Made by a program: the position numbers and the translations under genes. A DNA stretch of 64,000 nucleotides, taken from Candidatus Eiseniibacteriota bacterium (GTDB taxonomy: Bacteria; Desulfobacterota; Binatia; DP-6). The DNA lies in assembly GCA_035577985.1 (NCBI GenBank), contig DATJZY010000014.1, forward strand, positions 569 through 64,568, read 5' to 3'. The notes beneath the pieces are model-generated. The model was not told where the DNA came from. It did no database searches and saw nothing but the letters and a program-made list of their open reading frames with translations. Positions 62,193 through 64,000 of the stretch are shown here, in pieces; the stretch's first letter is position 1, and the number at the start of each line of letters is the position of its first letter.

Positions 62193-64000
62193 CACGGGCC
62201 CTTCACCAGCGTGCCCTTCTTGTTCGCCTTGAACGGCCGCGTGACGCCGGCGACGTCGAGCCCGATCTCGAGCGCCAGCGTCCAGTCCGACGTCACGCCG
62301 CGCAGGAACGCGAGATCGGTGCGCGCGGCGGCCTTGAGCGTCAGCTTGCCGCCCTTCACCACCAGCGTGAGGGTCTTGAGACCGCTGACGCCCGCGCCCT
62401 TCCCCTTGACGCGATAGCGTCCGTTCTTCCCCTTGAGGGCGCCGCTCGGGATCTCCCACGCGACGAGCGTCATCCGCGACCCACCCGGTACGCCGACGGA
62501 GAGCACGACGGACCCGGTCGCCGGATCGAAGTGCTGCTCGCTCGTCAGACGCGCCGTCGCCGCCAGCGCGAAGGTGTCGGCGCCCGCGCGCTTGCCGAAG
62601 CGCACGCGAAGCTTTCGCACCTCGAGCGGCGTGCCGCGGACGGCGATCGACTCGCCGATCGGCCCGTGCGCGGCTTCCTCGAACGCCGCCAGGTCGTTCA
62701 GCTGCCGGGCCGACAGGAACGACGTTCCACCGTGCTGGTCGTTGACGTTTCGTCCCTTGCCGGCCACGAGGCAGTCGCCGAACTGCCGCGCGCACGGCCG
62801 CACGACGTCGAGCAGCGTCGCGGCCGTGCCGTCGTGCAGATACGGTGCCGTGTTCCACGCGTCGCTCAGCACGGAGGTGATGTAGGCGCTCAGCGTGTCC
62901 CGGTTGCCGGGGATCATGTTCTGCTCGTTCTGGAACAGCGTGAACCCGAGCAGGCCGTCCTCGTCGCTCGCGATGCGGAGTGGATTCGTCTGGTCGAAGA
63001 CGTTGGCGGTGCCGACGTCGTGGACGAAGAACGGGTTGTTGAGGTCGGCGCGCGGCGTCGAGTTCGGGTCGTAGTCGATGGCCGGCTTCTTGTCCGAGAA
63101 CTGCTGCGGCGAGGGCGGCGCGCTGTTGTGACAGAAGCTGCACTTGACCACCGGGTCGTTGAAGAGGAGCCGGCCGCGCTCGGCCGCGTCGGACGGCGCC
63201 GCGCCGCCCGCGCCGAGGTTCGGGTTGCGCGGGAACTCCGTCAGGCTGTAGACGAAGTCCGCCAGGTGATCGAGGCGCACGCCGCGGTGGCGGTTCGGCT
63301 CGGGCGAGAGGTCGACGCGGATGTCGTCGGCGAGCGAGTGGCGCACGACGAGCGCCCCGACGCACGCGGTCGGGCTGTGCTCGTTGCCGTCGCAGTCGGC
63401 CGCGCCGAGCAGCTCGCGGAGCGTGAACTCGAAGTCCTCGACCTCGTCGCGGTCGCCGTTCCAGTGCGTCGAGCCCATGGGGTTGAAGTAGTTCTCGCGC
63501 ACCGACGGCGTCGCGCTGATGTTCGGCGGGACGAAGAGCGGGTTCGCCGCGCAGCGCGCGCTCCCGCCGCCGCCCGCGGCGCGGCACTCCGCGTCGGTCG
63601 TGCACGCGATGCTCGCATCGTGCGCGCACGTGCCGGGCGCGAAGCTCGCCCGGCCGCGGAGGTCCATCGTGTTCCGCGCGCTCGACCCGAACTGCGAGAA
63701 GTCCCACGTGCGCCCGTCCTGCCCGCCGAAGTCCGGATGGCACGAGGTGCATGCCAGCGAGCCGCCGTCGCGCGCCGTGCTGACGACGTCGCCCGGCATG
63801 ATCGACGTCGCGATCGAGTTCCAGGCCGGGATCGGACCGTGCTGCCCCGCGGCGTCGCGCGCCGAGGTGGAGAAGAGGATCTTGCCGTCGAGGATCTCGG
63901 GCAGCACGGGATCCGACGCCGTCGACGAGACCACCTGCTGGACGAGCGGCATGCAGTCGCCGCCGCCGCAGTCGAGGCGCGTCGTGCACGCAGCCGCCGG
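62192..64000 (-). CDS. Di-haem cytochrome c peroxidase (CCP/MauG) family protein with an extra C-terminal beta-rich domain; partial, 5' end beyond the window
   Basis: CTSCH and CSFCH motifs, and APYLHDG. The frame upstream of the listed ATG 63952 stays open to nt 64000 (..AACTTRLDCGGGDCM..). Confidence 0.8.
   Translation of the reverse strand, partial: PAAACTTRLDCGGGDCMPLVQQVVSSTASDPVLPEILDGKILFSTSARDAAGQHGPIPAWNSIATSIMPGDVVSTARDGGSLACTSCHPDFGGQDGRTWDFSQFGSSARNTMDLRGRASFAPGTCAHDASIACTTDAECRAAGGGGSARCAANPLFVPPNISATPSVRENYFNPMGSTHWNGDRDEVEDFEFTLRELLGAADCDGNEHSPTACVGALVVRHSLADDIRVDLSPEPNRHRGVRLDHLADFVYSLTEFPRNPNLGAGGAAPSDAAERGRLLFNDPVVKCSFCHNSAPPSPQQFSDKKPAIDYDPNSTPRADLNNPFFVHDVGTANVFDQTNPLRIASDEDGLLGFTLFQNEQNMIPGNRDTLSAYITSVLSDAWNTAPYLHDGTAATLLDVVRPCARQFGDCLVAGKGRNVNDQHGGTSFLSARQLNDLAAFEEAAHGPIGESIAVRGTPLEVRKLRVRFGKRAGADTFALAATARLTSEQHFDPATGSVVLSVGVPGGSRMTLVAWEIPSGALKGKNGRYRVKGKGAGVSGLKTLTLVVKGGKLTLKAAARTDLAFLRGVTSDWTLALEIGLDVAGVTRPFKANKKGTLVKGP

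Noticed and set aside
59154-62417. Listed 1087-aa plus-strand ORF, and the 1312-aa composite minus ORF 60051..63989
   Set aside because: The plus ORF is antisense junk. The minus composite fuses an out-of-frame upstream region to the real 713-aa pentahaem gene, which starts at ATG 62192 with its own signal peptide.
1-64000. tRNA, rRNA, CRISPR, prophage or integrase features
   Set aside because: Intergenic gaps are at most ~305 nt. None shows cloverleaf-like or rRNA-like sequence, and no integrase, transposase or phage structural motifs were seen in any real frame.

Overview
This is very GC-rich, densely coded bacterial chromosomal DNA (third codon positions are almost all G/C). I can support about 58 protein genes, most on the minus strand. 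I found no rRNA, tRNA, CRISPR array, transposase or integrase.

Gene content:
(i) Many secreted Cys-rich modular proteins, c-type cytochromes and lipoproteins, at 0-8.5 kb, 15-17 kb, 23.8-25.8 kb, 29.5-31.6 kb, 37-38.5 kb and 60-64 kb.
(ii) Ordinary metabolic and housekeeping genes: lgt, SDR, hydratase, sulfotransferase, carboxylesterase, nitroreductase, epoxide hydrolase, slyD, AidB-like ACAD, DAP-decarboxylase-like, dinB, two thiolases, GMC oxidoreductase, ALDH.
(iii) An operon of a 2TM histidine kinase, a sigma-54 response regulator and pspA.
(iv) A cluster of comA-comB (sulfolactate), a GT4 glycosyltransferase, an ATP-grasp enzyme, a flippase and a GT-C protein.
(v) A cluster of DUF5989, SxtJ, carbamoyltransferase and an acyltransferase.

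Things the ORF track hides:
- A peroxiredoxin-like gene with an in-frame TGA at the catalytic Cys position, followed by a hairpin. This is a candidate selenoprotein.
- Two genes that run off the window edges.
- Several ORFs shorter than 60 aa.

Non-coding signals:
- Two sigma-54 -24/-12 promoters with identical geometry.
- A nearly identical leaderless-type promoter in front of two partner genes 6 kb apart.
- A six-member family of stop-codon-proximal GC-rich palindromes.
- Two long perfect inverted repeats.

Myxococcus-type Cys-rich repeats and Planctomycete-cytochrome-like motifs suggest a Myxococcota or deltaproteobacteria-like lineage; this is inference only.

Coordinates of hand-found elements may be off by 1-2 nt. 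My indexing differed from the ORF track by 1 nt near 32.95 kb and 59.95 kb, and I used ORF-track arithmetic there.
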